Part shown: one piece after another, positions 1 through 13,700 of the stretch
Numbering within the stretch: position 1 is the stretch's first letter
Layout: each line of letters opens with the position of its first letter
Assembly (NCBI GenBank): GCA_964016885.1
Contig: OZ024742.1
Location: 243,474,001-243,538,000, forward strand
DNA length: 64,000 nt
Direction of reading: 5' to 3'
Origin: Eledone cirrhosa
Taxonomy: Eukaryota
Position numbers and translations under genes: made by a program
The notes under the pieces: generated by a model
Database searches by the model: none
What the model was told of the DNA's origin: nothing
The model's input: the letters and a program-made list of their open reading frames with translations, nothing else

Positions 1-339
1 CAGAATACAATCAGGGGTCACTGTTTCTCCTGAAGGTCAATAGTTCTCTTCTAACTCGAGCAGGAGCACCTTTCCATTGTCAATTTGCATTGATCATCTG
101 CAAAACCACATTGTTCTCAGAACCACTACACCAGTCTTTCGATGCGTGCAGTTGGAACTACTGCCACCCATTGATTTGGAAGGATCGCAACTCATTTCTA
201 CAGCTGAGTAAACTGGAGCAACGTGAAATAAAGTGTCTTGTTCAAGGAGACAACACATCACCCGGTCCAAGTAATTATTTATACATAGTAATTATTATAT
301 TATTTATTATGTATATAAATAGGGAGATACAAAGCTAGG

Positions 340-1095
340 GTTTGTTTACAAACGGCTAGCGAATTTGAAAATTAGGCAGTAACATGTGCTTACGCCGTAT
401 TTGACTAAATATAATTAGTCTGTAAGTTGGGATTTTAAAAAACACTGAATGGAAAAAAGGATGAGTATTGACGTACATGGGACACGAACCCACATATTTA
501 GTTTGCCGGACCAATGTGTTACCATTACACCAACACACCACCCATGCTCCTTCCATTCTATATATAAATTAATGATTTTATTTATATATTATTTACAATT
601 TGTGTGTAGGCAGGTCTCTCTGGAAATATGGGTGGGGGCGCAGAGAGTATTACGTGGCTTAGATGGAAGTGACATGAGATCAGCCAGTTCCGAAAAGCAG
701 AGATCACTATCGTGGAAGTAGAATAGGTAGAGTGAAGAGACAAGGCAGTACGTCTGGATGTCAGAAGCTGGAGTGTGTTGGTGAGATTTCCGTACGTGTA
801 GTAACAACAACGTCCCAGATGTGAGGGGAGGGGAGAATCCCATTCAGAGGGTCTTATTTGAGCTTTGTAAACAAAGCAACTGTTTACTGTTAAGACTGGA
901 GTTTGTGTGGGAACAAATTGCTCCCTTCAAATGTCCAGGACTTTCATTTTGATCATTTCTGCCTTTTTCTATTGATGGTCTGGTGCACGATCCTTTTGCA
1001 ACCTGTGGTGTTGTAAAGTACGCAGTATTGTAATTTGTTGGTTGTGGATAGATTAGGGTACAGGTATAACTTTCATAAACTTTGATGGATCTCAT
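340..1095 (-). mobile_element. Highly decayed Penelope-like (RT/GIY-YIG) remnant
   Basis: Fragmentary peptides reminiscent of the PLE C-terminus; weak. Confidence 0.35.
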
Positions 1096-1102
1096 ATATT
1101 AA

Positions 1103-1447
1103 AAGGGTAAAGCCTCCCTTCGGTAACGGATGACCATGGGATTTGCACCTAGAAAGTTTCCCTCCGAGGCACAAGTCCGGCGGGCAAGGTTGTTTGTGGA
1201 AGACAGCAGTCTCCCATGCATTCGAACCTACCCTCTCCACACCACCAATCATGTCCAAAGGAAAGGCAATGGCCGATACAGCTTGACACCAGTGACGTCG
1301 CAACTCATTTCTACAGCTGAGTAAACTCGAGCAACATGAAATAAAGTGTCTTACTCAAGGACACAACGCATCACCCAGTCCGAGAATCGAACTCACAACC
1401 TTCTGATTGCAAGTCCAATGCTCTAACTACTAAGCCATGCACCCTCA
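1103..1447 (-). mobile_element. tRNA-derived SINE (second family)
   Basis: A/B boxes on the minus strand (TGGCTTAGTAG, GAGTTCGATTC); core shared with 186-270, 24040-24372 and 53998-54263. Confidence 0.75.
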
Positions 1448-1529
1448 TATATTACTTTAGTATCGTTGTTGTTTTTTGTTTTTGTTTATTATGAGTGTTC
1501 TTATAATGTTTAGACTCCAAAACTGTTCA

Positions 1530-2260
1530 GTCAGCTTGCTTGTCACAGCACGAGGCTGGGTGGTGACAGTTGACCTGGAAAGGTGGTTGAAAACTCCATT
1601 AGATATCACTCAGTTCATGTTGAGACCAGACATCATGTTGGTTTCCAAGGTGACAAGACAGCTCATTCTAGTGAAGTTAACCGTGGCACGTGGGTGGAAG
1701 AGAGCCAAGTACCAGGAGTTGATGGAGAACTGCCACAGGAATAGATGGAGTGCCGAGAGCATGCCAGTTGGGGGTTGGCAGCTGAGGGTTTACAGTTCAA
1801 TCCATTAGCAAAACCTACAGAACTCTAAGCATTGCAAGACAAACTATCAAAAGCAACATGGCAGAAGTAGAGAGGGCATCTATTTTGTTGAAGAAAAGTA
1901 AGCGGTGGGGTCAGTAGTATGTATGCCACTTGAACACACACTGAGGCTGGGCCCACCTCAGTTAAATCACCTGAATGAGGATGTAGGTTGTAAGAACGAA
2001 AACATCCAGTGACTCCTGGATACAACACATAATTGTTTCTACTTTTGGCACAAGGCCAGCAATTACCCAGTGCATTACTGGTACTTTATTTTATCGACCC
2101 CATAGGGATGAAAAGCAAAGTTAACCTCGGCGGGATTTGAACTCAGAATGGCAAGGGCCGTAACTATGCGTCAAAGCATGGCGTCCGACCCTATACCGAT
2201 ACTGCCAATCCACCGCACAACACATAATGCCTCAGGTTTTGCATCTGTAGATGTGTAAAG
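1530..2260 (+). mobile_element. 3' end of a HERO/R2-type (restriction-like endonuclease) non-LTR element, interrupted by a SINE
   Basis: LRPDIMLVS...LILVKLTV...KRAKYQEL resembles the RLE PD-(D/E)xK motif. Confidence 0.7.
2034..2216 (-). mobile_element. tRNA-derived CORE-like SINE with 12-bp TSD ACAACACATAAT
   Basis: TSD at 2022-2033 and 2217-2228; close copy at 23798-23972. Confidence 0.8.
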
Positions 2261-2355
2261 AACTTGAACTACATTGTTTAATTCCGTTTCTATGCCTTCT
2301 ACGAACGCTGTAAAAATTGTAAGCATGTCAGCAATTCCTTGTATTGTCATGTGCC

Positions 2356-2361
<6 letters not shown>

Positions 2362-2411
<50 letters not shown>
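2362..2411. repeat. (GA)n microsatellite
   Basis: Directly visible. Confidence 0.97.
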
Positions 2412-2414
<3 letters not shown>

Positions 2415-3169
2415 TTTATTTTGTTGATTATGACGAGCTTTAGCAGATTTAAGATTTCATAAGTGCTAAGTGATATATTTGAAGACTTGCTACATCTCGG
2501 GGAACAGCTACATCTCGGGAACGGTGAAAATAGGTGATTGTAAGGTTGAAAGATGTTTTCATGTTTGTATTGCTGTTATTTTATAGAACAAAAAATCACT
2601 AAATCTCTGTGACTTCTGCAGAATTGCCACATTTAAATCTCGTAACCAAGATAAGTTTGGTGCTTTGCTGTTGTTTTTTCAGGTGGCATCAATACCTGTT
2701 CATTCCTTCAAGCTCATATCATATGAGCCAGCAAAGTAGCCTCAATGCCAATAGTGAGGAATCTCTCACAGGCAAAATTTTGCTGATATTCAAATTTGAA
2801 ACAGCTCGAAAAAATATGGAAAGCAAAACCTTAAAACCATAAGTAATTTAATATGTCACATACCTATGGATTTGTAAAATCTAAGATCCTTATTTTTCTC
2901 AGCATAAATCCAGCCCCTCAGACCTTACAAACGTGCAATTTGCCTCTGGTACTATAAAGGTTCCCCAATGCTGGAAATAGCAACCAAATTTCCAAAAATT
3001 AAATCTTACTATCTTAGAAAAGAAGGCAATGGATAATATAATCCTAGGTGTAATGTACCTAGAAATAATTATGGGATGGTCACAGCTAGAATACTTTTAA
3101 TCATAGCTCTGTTCTATTGAGATTGACCAGCTAAACAAGAGCAACAACAAAAATATCTCAGACCACTTT

Positions 3170-4350
3170 TTCCTGCTTCGTAGTTGAAACACCACCTTGT
3201 GTACCTTTTTAGGACCCATATTTCAACTGATAAATTCTTAACATACACTTTTTATTTTTTTCGTAATCTGAATTGAGATCATTGAATTCTATTTTAAAAG
3301 TTTTAAACTTTTACAAGAGTATCAACAGCAGGCATCATGCTCCCTCTCTGGGCAAAATTGTGTAAGAATTCAACATTTTCTGGCCTCTCATACCCGTTAA
3401 GGTGTGAGCATCAAAAGCATCATTGCAACCTGGCTGTTCATGAAGATTATGAACAGAAGTGACAACACACATCTTTGTAGAGTCTGACACCCATATTGAA
3501 TGGCTTCAACTTAGCACCATTTATCTGAACACAGGGCATTCATATAGGGATGCATGGCAACAAGAAGCTGTCTATCAATCCTATACTCCTGCAAAACTTT
3601 CCACAAATCCAATGGAATGTGGTTGTATGCCTTTTTGAGGTCCACAAAACAAGCATACACCTCTTGGCCTTACTCTCATGATTTCTCAAAGACCTAACAC
3701 AGAGTGAATATTTGACCGGTCCGGTTGTGCTACATATGGGGTGAAAACCATACTGTTTATCAGTTAACTTGGACTCAGCTAAAACTAAGCCAGGTTGGTT
3801 TAACAAAAAGATTCCTCTATAATTTGAGCAATCTCTGATCTTCCGTTTTGATGACCAGTTGGAAAAGTTCAAGTATCTCATGTGATGGAAGGCAGGAAGC
3901 AGATGTGGAAATAATTTCTTTATTCCGCCAGTTTCAACACTTGGTCATTAGAAGGGAGTTAGGAGCAAAAGCCAAATTTATGTTTGGGCCTACCCTTACC
4001 TATGGTCATGATTCTTCGGTAATGATCAAAAGAATATGACCGTGAATACAAACAGCTGAAATAGGGTTCTTCTGAAGGGTCTTCAAAGTAACATTACCAA
4101 TAGGTTGCGTAAGGTAGTTGCTCCATGCACTACTTCTCTGAATCAAGAGATCACAGTTCTATGGACATGTGATTAGAATGTCTACCAGACAGATTTTATT
4201 GGCAAAGGGATAGACCATGAGCAAGATGATTAGATAACATCTATGAGCTAGGTTGGTCTCGCTTGGGAATTCAGCCAGATCATTTAGAGATGGTTGCTTC
4301 TGATAGGACCCTCTGGAAGGAATGTCTGAAGACTCTTCCCCCCTGAACAG
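3170..4350. mobile_element. LINE of the 40625-41900 family with an internal inversion (minus ~3170-3850, plus ~3850-4350)
   Basis: DCSNYRGIFLL and YGFHP on the minus strand; KFKYL and LTYGHDS on the plus strand. Confidence 0.75.
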
Positions 4351-4534
4351 GAAAGGTGGTAGTACTAGTAGTAGTAGTAATCATTCCATCTATTAAAGGA
4401 AGGATAACAGATTAAAGAATTAAAGACTTACAAGACAGGTAACCTGGTTAAAATTATAAAAATTATGTTAACCAAGAAATCAAAAGACAACACAGTGTGA
4501 TCAAAGATCTTCCAACAATATTTTTACAATTACA

Positions 4535-4540
4535 TTTATT
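4535..4540 (-). terminator. Probable polyadenylation signal AATAAA of Sec16 (3'UTR ~6095 to ~4515)
   Basis: AATAAA on the minus strand, followed ~35-60 nt downstream by a GT/T-rich element (CTGTGTTGTCTTTTGATTTC); repeat-derived sequence begins beyond it. Confidence 0.6.
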
Positions 4541-5484
4541 GGAACTTTTTATACACAATTGATTGGGTTTCATTTTTATGAAGATTCTTTTATACATTAT
4601 TAGTAAAATGTTGTAGCAAGTGCATAACAATCAAGAGGAGAAATGTCTGACCTCAGACTATAATAGACATGACTACAACAGGAGGATGTGAATAAATATA
4701 TATTTATATGTATATATGTGTGTGTAGTGTTGAAAAGACAACTATATGATCTGTTTGACAAATTATATATTGAATTTTTCCAATATTGAGACACAGGTCT
4801 TGTTTCAGGTACAAAGTATAAAGGCTTTCTTGGTCAAGCTTTCAAAATAAAGAGGATTGTTGCAAAGAATCTTCCTGAATTTTTAAACTTCTGCTTTCAA
4901 CAGTGAAACAATTATCAATGAATATTGACTGTACATATATTAATAGTCTCTCTGTATGCATCAAGCTCATCCAGCTCAAGACACAATGGCTTAACAAAAC
5001 ACATTGTTCACAACACATCAGAATATGGCAAATATATATACGGTCATTTCCAGCTTTAGCTTTTCATTTCTGTTGCGTAGAACTTTCACTTAATTCCATG
5101 ACAAAACACTTCAAAATTTACAAATAATTTCAGCATGGAAGCCATATTTATTTTAAACCTAAGATCAAAAACAGTATCAGAGTTTTGAAAAAATTAATAT
5201 TAAACTTGTCAACTATTGTTACCTTTCCAGTACCAAATTTATAAAATTTACAGCCAAAATACACAAATATATTTATGTGCGTTTATCCCTCTATGTGTAT
5301 GTATGTATATGTGCATGCATGTGTGTGTGTGTGCACTCAGGATTACACCATTAAATACAACAATATCACATTCTGCAAGTGACACTCAATCTGTCAACTA
5401 CTTGCCAAGTTAAACACCGGTGAGCAGAATCCTTATTTTAATGCTCTCTCCATCATTTGCCACACAACAACATTTCTTGACTTT

Positions 5485-5537
5485 GATGTGTGTATGTGTG
5501 ACCATGTTGTGTGTGTATGTATGCATGCATGTTGTGT

Positions 5538-5629
<92 letters not shown>

Positions 5630-5878
5630 ATATATATATATAAAATTCAAATTAATATTCTCATATAATATGGTTTATATATGTATACACATGTATATGT
5701 GTGCCCAAATTTTTATAAACAGATGTTTTCAATTGTAGGAAATGATGGTAAGGGTCTAGGATGGATCAGAACCTATGTATGTGTATATTTGGCTTTTTTT
5801 ATTAATTAATATGAGGATTTCAGTGATTGAATCAAACAGTATACACTGAACTCTGTGTGAGTGTGTGTGTCTGTGTGT

Positions 5879-5927
<49 letters not shown>

Positions 5928-5995
5928 TGTGTGTGTATGTGTGTGTGTGTGTGTATGTGTGTGTGTGTGTGTGTGTGTATGTGTGTGTATGCATG
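5485..5995. repeat. Two (GT)n microsatellites (~5485-5630 and ~5855-5995) in the Sec16 3'UTR
   Basis: Directly visible; read as (CA)n in the mRNA. Confidence 0.97.
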
Positions 5996-6095
5996 CGCAA
6001 GGAATCTTCTATCCCTTCTATTGCCATTACTCTCATATGCCTTGAACAGACAGTTAATTATTTTGGTTTTTGCTGTAGTTATCTATTAGCCATCA

Positions 6096-6245
6096 TTATT
6101 TTGGATAAATCCGACGCTGTGACAACCGTGATCCAACACCAGTTGCTGCTGCAGGTTGAGACTGTTTCTGAAAAGATGCTGGGTTAAATAGCATTGGTCC
6201 ACCAGATGCTGTTGGGTTGGCAGATTCTGAAGAAACTGGTACAGT
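6096..6245 (-). CDS. SEC16: Sec16 terminal coding exon [49 protein letters not shown]
   Basis: TTCTTTTCTTTTAG| acceptor; 150 nt to TAA, immediately followed by TGA; PM.FNP and basic C-terminus typical of Sec16. Confidence 0.92.
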   Translation of the reverse strand, partial: TVPVSSESANPTASGGPMLFNPASFQKQSQPAAATGVGSRLSQRRIYPK

Positions 6246-6472
6246 CTAAAAGAAAAGAATGAAACAAATGAAGTTGCAAAGATATGTTTACAAACAGATA
6301 TATATATATATATAGCTATCTACCTGCTTAAATATATACATATAATGCATGTATTTGTGTGCATGCGCGTGCATGTGTGCATGCATGTGCATGTGTGCAT
6401 GTGCATGTGTGCATGCAATATTTTGTATGTATGTATATCATCAGCATTTAACATCTATTTTCCATGCTTGCT

Positions 6473-6540
<68 letters not shown>

Positions 6541-7741
6541 CCTCCAGGTCAGAGGAGTTTAAGACTGGCCAGACATGGGAACTCCGATTTGCTGATGATC
6601 TAGTCCTCTTAACCATATATATGGCAAAATTAAAGAAGAAATTCCAGATGTGGAAGCAAACTCTAGAATCAAAAAACCTAAAGACTAAAATTCAAGTAAA
6701 TAAAAAAGAAAAGAAGGCCCCAATTCCTTCAGAGAAATGGCCTTACTCAGTTTGAAGAAAGGGAGTAGATAGAAATTCCATCTTATGTACAAAATGTAAT
6801 CTATGAGTATATAAGAGATGTAGTAAGATCTTAGACGCACTAGCAAAAGTATGCAGGCTTTGTATGCAACAGATACAGAAGAGTAGTAAGCAGTAACTGC
6901 TCACATGAAATAAACTATCAAATGCTCAAAGTCAATGGAACCTATGGAGGGAGAAGACCAAGAAAAACTTAGGAATATGGGGCAATGGTTGAGTTCAGAT
7001 GTCTGAAGTCAAGTTGTCTGGTGATGTGCCATATATTGTGTAAGACTTACTTTCCCATTTAAGCAGGATGAAAAGAGCATGAAGAGGATGGCCAGTATGC
7101 TCCCAACCCCACCAACCCATCATCCCTACTGTCCATTTTAAACCCAAAGATGCAATGAACAATCCTCCCTATAATGTGGTAGTGCCAAATCATGATAAAA
7201 TGCTGTAAGGTGGTTAATGTGGTTAACACCCATAGAAACCATGCCAAAAAATAAATGCATGAGCAAGACAGTCACCTGACCAGTCTAGACAAAGTACCTG
7301 ACAATCTATCTAAGCTATGCAAGCATAGAAAACAGATGTTAATTGGTGATGACAATATATATGGGTGTGTAGTTGTCCTCCTTTCCTTGAGCCCAGATCC
7401 TGGTGAGATCATAGGAATGTTGTTGTGACATGGCATTTTAAACGTACCAGAGCTCATACTGTTGATGAGGGGTTGGGAGAGGGGGTGAGGGGTTGGGGGG
7501 AGACAAGATGAATTACTTCCAGTACTAAACTAGTATTTTATCAATTCTGAATGAAGGGCAAAATTAACCTCAGAAACAGAAAACTGGAACAAATACTGCA
7601 ATGCATTCTTTCTATCCAATGTTCTAACAACTCTGACAATTTGCCACCTTATGTATATATGTGTGTGTGTGTGTGTGCATGTGCCTGCATGTTTTTGTAT
7701 ATGCATGTATGTGTACATGTATGTATGCACACGTGTATGTG

Positions 7742-7798
<57 letters not shown>

Positions 7799-10700
7799 CA
7801 CAAAAATCACTTAGTTAAAAACAAATGCAGAAACTAATCAAACAGTGGTACAAATACAGCATCTAGAACTTTTAAAAAAATGAATAATCTAAGCAAGTGC
7901 CAAAGCAATAAAAAAATAAATAAATTAAAAAAACACATTAAAAAAAATCCAAGTGCCAATCAGTACATTATTATTCAGTGATTTTCATTATAAGAATATG
8001 GAGAAAAAATATAGGAATTCGAAAACATCATAACATATCTTCCCACTGATCTCATATTTACCCTAGATTAGAATTAACCTCTATTTCAACAAACGGCCTT
8101 TATTTCCCTTAATCACTGACCATTTTAACCCTAGTTTATTTTCTTTTTTGTGTATGTGTTGGTAAGGACATCTCTTGATCCAGCTTGTGAAATAGTTTTA
8201 TATTATCACTAATATCTAATATAGTAAATAGTGTGTGTGTATGAAAGAGAGAGAGAACTTTTTAAATAGTTTTATATTATCACCATACAGTAATAGCTAT
8301 TATAGTAAATAGTATGTGTTTTCTCTGTGATTCCAAAAGTTGATTGTGTTTGTTCTGAAAATGTACATGAATTCTGAAAGAAGGTATTTTACTTTGAGAT
8401 ACCCTAAGTAATGTTAATTCTCACTATGATGTTATTCTTACTATTGTTACTCCTCAGCTATGATCTATGTAGGAATAGTAGCTAATTTTAGCTACCAAAA
8501 GAAAAGAAAGTAATATACTACCTTGAGTTAAAACATAACCTAATCCCACACAAACACTCAACCAAAAGTAGTTATACTATCTTCCTCCATTTTACACACA
8601 CACAATTCTTAACTAAGAGGGGCTTTATTGCACCCTGGGGTAATAGGGGCTATTTTGCTCTTTCTTTATGCCTCACACACATCCCAAAATTAATTTAACA
8701 CCTGGCAATATATAACCATTGAAACAGTTTTTCTGAAAGAATTTATTTACAAGAAAATATCTACAAACATTGAAACGAATTGCTATTAAAGGAGCAGAAA
8801 TTCATCATTTCTAGAACTATCTATGAACACTACTGCTTGGTCTGCAATTATCTCCAGGTGCAATATTTCTACATAAATAACCTTAAACAAGCAAACCTTT
8901 GCTTCCAATATAAAGTATCAACATTGTTTATATTCTGATGTACAGATGCAGAAATATGCCACATAATCAGAAAATATACAGACCAAAGCATAATGCATAT
9001 AGTGACATGAAAAATTATGTTGAAACTTGATGTTACTTATACTGTTCTAAAAGTTTGTCTAAAAAATACAGCTATGTAATTATAACTATGTTTAAATTTC
9101 TATATTTTTGTGTTATATAATATGATGTTCAAAGATTCCTGCAGTCTAAACTGTTTAAGTTAATGCTTGACAGCATAAAAATATATTTTCAGTAAACTGC
9201 TATATGGTTGTTCCACATGCAAAAACAACCAAATCTCATCTTTAAATTAATCTACCATCTTTATAGAAAGGAAGGACATCTTGGATAATGTATCCCAAGA
9301 TAAACTGTCTATTTATGATGAGATAGTCATAGCTAGAATGCAAGTCAGCTCAACAAGGATTGCTCAAGAGCTAAGCAACAAATAAACGACATCTACATAA
9401 ATGTTCAGCACACTCAGTATAGTAAACTAAATCTCCCTAAACAGACTGCAATGGGAATTACACTCTTCAAGTTCCTAAATCTTGAAAGAGCCTGCATCAC
9501 ATTAAAGATAGGATGATCAAGGCTGAAATTAATTTCGTTGTATTTCTCCATTCAACAAGTTTACTCAAAGTATAATCAACCAGGGTATGGCAATATTACA
9601 AACATATGACTCAACTATTTCAGAAAGCAGTGATTGAATAGCAAGAAAGCAGTTAAAATATCTTCATTTGGAACTTCATTTTAAGTACTTTGTTTCTAAC
9701 TTAACAGTACAACAAAGCCTTATCTTCAAACCAAAAGCAAATAAGAAATAACTACCTTTTCTTAAAATCATTATTTCATAAGGGAAATAATACAGAAGCC
9801 TGTGAAAAATTCAAGTGCATATGTGACATTTCATTGGCAAATATCTCTCTCTCTCTCTCATAAACACATAAATATATATGTGGCAATAAAGCTATTTGGA
9901 TTAGCTACAGCTCAATTGCAAAATCCTAAATCATGTGCAAGGTGATATTGTGATTTAACCAAGCATCTCTAAGAGTGTTCAAGTGTTCAGAATGTTTCAG
10001 TCATCTTAATTTTCAAAGCAGGATTAACAATGTTAGCATTTCTTTCAAGAGATTTGTTAAGTAAACCTTTAGGCCTAACAACTTTGACCTCTTTAACGCT
10101 TTTAGCTATAGTGGCATATTAGCACCCAATTCCATCAGTGCAAAAGTTTGTCATTAAAAATGAAAATAAGAAACCTTGTATTGGGAAAGTTGATCAGAAT
10201 GTGAAGATGAATTTTTATGCTGAATAACGCTTTCATAAATCTTCTGCTGTGTCACCCAAGGAACAAAAGAGGATTGGTAGGAAGTATCTTCCATCTATAG
10301 CCAGTGGAACATACACAACAGATTACTTAATTCTCTTCACAAGAAACACCAGCAAGTGATAAGGCTACTAAACAAATTCATTATGCTTTTATACAGAGTT
10401 TCTTTCACTATTTTAATTATAAACAATTACAAACTACACAAGTATTGGGTATTTTATGAGAAATCAAATTTAATGTACATTAACAGCAATGTTATTGTAA
10501 AGAACATGGCACCATTACAAAGATGTCTCTAAAAAGACATAATAACCAGCTTTTGCAAGATAGTTAAATCAATCACCTCTAGCATATTCTATCAATCCCA
10601 GATGTACAACAAGGTTGATACTAGTTATATTTGAACTAAGAATCAGATACTACTGAAGTTCACTTTACCTTTCTTTATTACTATTGCTGTTATTATTTCT

Positions 10701-13700
10701 TACAGTTGTCCTTCCTTTCTCTATCTGATTTCTCTTGTTTTTGTTTCTTAATTGTAAGGGGTATTAAATACCTCTCCTACTCTGTCATGGCTTACTAGTT
10801 CTATATAGACATTTAAACTGATTAAATAAATAAGTAATAAGATGATCCACCAGTAAACTTGAGATAATTATTTCCTCTTTAACCTTTCCATTACTATATT
10901 TCTAATGAAAGACGCTGCCTGTGATTTTCAAAAAAAAATTTTTAATAATCAAGAATTTGAAAGGATTTAGTAATATAACTTTTTCATTATTAAGCTAGTG
11001 TTCAGATCCTAACCTAAAGGTTCTTATATAAAAGTTAAAATAGAAGGTTCTCAGATAAATATAAACCCTTGTATCATAGAACTAGTGAAGGTTTTAGATA
11101 TCAAAATGGATGGTTTTAAACTCAATAATAATATTGGTTTCTTTATTAGACATGGAAAGGATGAAAATAGACTTTTAAATTAAATTTAGCATTTAACAGA
11201 ACTACCAATGGTTTAACAATAAAAACAACAAAAGACTACATCACATTTACAATACATTAAAACAATACATTAAATTTACAACATATTAAACATCAAACAA
11301 ATCATCACAGACTCTTCCCCACTGATAAGGGCTTCTTTGATCTACCCAGAAATGGAACCATATATATATTTATTCTATTTAATCATGCCAAACTGCCACT
11401 CTCATATACCTTTCATGAAATCTTTGTATATCTGAACCCTTTATTTTTTTTTAAATAACTAGAGAAATCCTTGGCAGTTGTGTTATAATTGCCATTCATT
11501 GAAATTTGTATACAGCTTACAGAGATTTCATCTTATAGGTTTCTCAAATATTTTAATGGGATGAGCTGAAGTCCTATCATGAAAAGCAACATGAAATGAA
11601 GTATCTTGCTCAAGAACACAATGTGCCCCCTGGTCTAGAAATCAAACCCATGACTTTATGGTTGTAAGTCCAGCACCATAACCACAAGGCCACAGGCTTA
11701 CACAATTGCAACCTATTAAAAGCACTGCAACTAATTCTAACTGCCAAAAAACAACAGCTGATGATCCTAAAAATGATTGAGTCAATGTAATGGTTAGTCT
11801 AATCCACATTAACAGCTCCTTGAACATACTTCAGAAAAATAATGAACAATAAAGAAAATAATGAAAAGTTTTACTTCATTCTTCCCCACATCTTCGATAC
11901 GTTCAGATAGCTGAATCATAATGACTGAAGAGTTTGTCATTAAGTACTAATACTGGGAAAATGATGCCAGGAAAAAAAAGAAACTGGCCTCGACACTTGA
12001 CCTGAAAAACCTAAATTTTCCTCAATGACTCTGCAGGTCAGAAAATATTAGTTTCAAAAACATATAGCCTTTAACCCTTTAATGTTCAAACCGGCCAGAA
12101 TTCTCTACTTCTTTCTGTTCAAACTGGCTGTAACTGGTCGTTCAAACTGATGTTAAGGTATTGTTCTCAAAATAAATACTTTCAAAATCTCATAGATTCG
12201 ATATTATGTGAGATATTATGTGAGGTAAAGCCTTTACCGTGAAAATAGAATAGTATATATAGAGTAATGTGAATGCTAAAGGGTTAAATACCAACCAATC
12301 CAGTTTGCTAATGTCACTGTAGCTGCTTCAATCTAAACAATAGCCTATGCACCCTAAGATACCATTTTCTCAAATTGTCTTGAACAACCATTGGTAGTGG
12401 ATAGATCTTCTGACTATGAGGGAAAGTATGGCTCTTGCAGCTAATGAAATAAGAGACACTCCAATCCAGTAAGACATCTCAAGGGTATGACATCATAGTC
12501 AAAATGTAGTACACTACTAAAGCATTGATTGCTACTTCCCCCTCCTCTGTTCATGAAGAACTTAATAATAATTAAACAGCATCAATTAATAGGGTTGTTG
12601 AGAAAGATCTTTGATAATAATAATCCTACATGATAAACAAGTAGTACAATAAATGTTATCACTTACAGAGGGAACGCATTCAAAAATAGAAACACACTTT
12701 TCCTTTAGATGAATATCTCTAAATATAATTTACAGTGTGTAATCTCAGTTTGTTCAGCTTGTTTGGAATACCAAAAATATTTTCACTAAATTGAATAAGT
12801 GTATGTGGAGGTTGGGGTGTTATATTTTGTTTTCAATACATGAGGGAATGTTTATAGCATTTTCATTTTAAGAAATGTAATATACATATAAAGAAATGTA
12901 TATTTCCTTACTTGATTTCTTTGCTTTTTTTTTCTGTAATCACTGCTTTCTTTAGAGTGAAAACAATCATTACCGATTAACATCTATTTCCCATGCTTGC
13001 CTAAGACAGGCTATCACATTATGAGGCCAGACAGGTCAGGTGATGTCTTGCATATACACTCCATTTTTAGCTTCGATGCTACGGCTGGATGCCCTTCCTA
13101 ACACCAACCACAGTGCAGTGTGTACTGGGTCTTTTTGTCATTGGCACCATCACTACCAACTTACAGTATGGATTGGGACTTTTGTTGTGGCACCAGCACA
13201 ACCCTCTTACCTTTAATAAGTTAGGAAAGAAGAATAATGGCAGTGACCTTGCAGATCCTTCTAGTCTGTTGAGATTGATGTAGCTGATAATCAGTTTTAA
13301 AATGACTGCGGTAAAAACATGGACAGGTGGAGTCTGATCCAAATGCTTGCAACTGTGTTGATTCTACTAGAGGCACTTAAAGGTGATATGTGTTGATTTG
13401 AAGCCAAGCAAAATGTTAAACTTTCCACCCTCCAACAGACTGAAGCAGCTCAACAATTATATGAGTGACAACATATAAGAAATATCCATTCTCTGGTATT
13501 TATATACTTCCTTTCAATACTAATTCCCAGAACTACGAAACTACCCCCACCTGAATACAAGTGTCACCCTTTGTTTCTTCTTTTACTACATACATGTGCC
13601 TCCTTGTTTACAAAATTGTATGAAGTGTGACAATGTGCTAGTCATATATGTACAGAAATGTCAATATAAATGTAAAGACATTTTGTTTTCTTTTACATGT

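Noticed and set aside
5410-6187. HT/CV-repeat ORFs
   Set aside because: (GT)n microsatellite artefacts in the 3'UTR
13205-13240. Possible recursive splice site TTCTTCTTTCCTAACTTATTAAAG|GTAAGA
   Set aside because: The acceptor is AAG rather than YAG, the branch-like motif is too close, and the site lies beside a repeat; insufficient support
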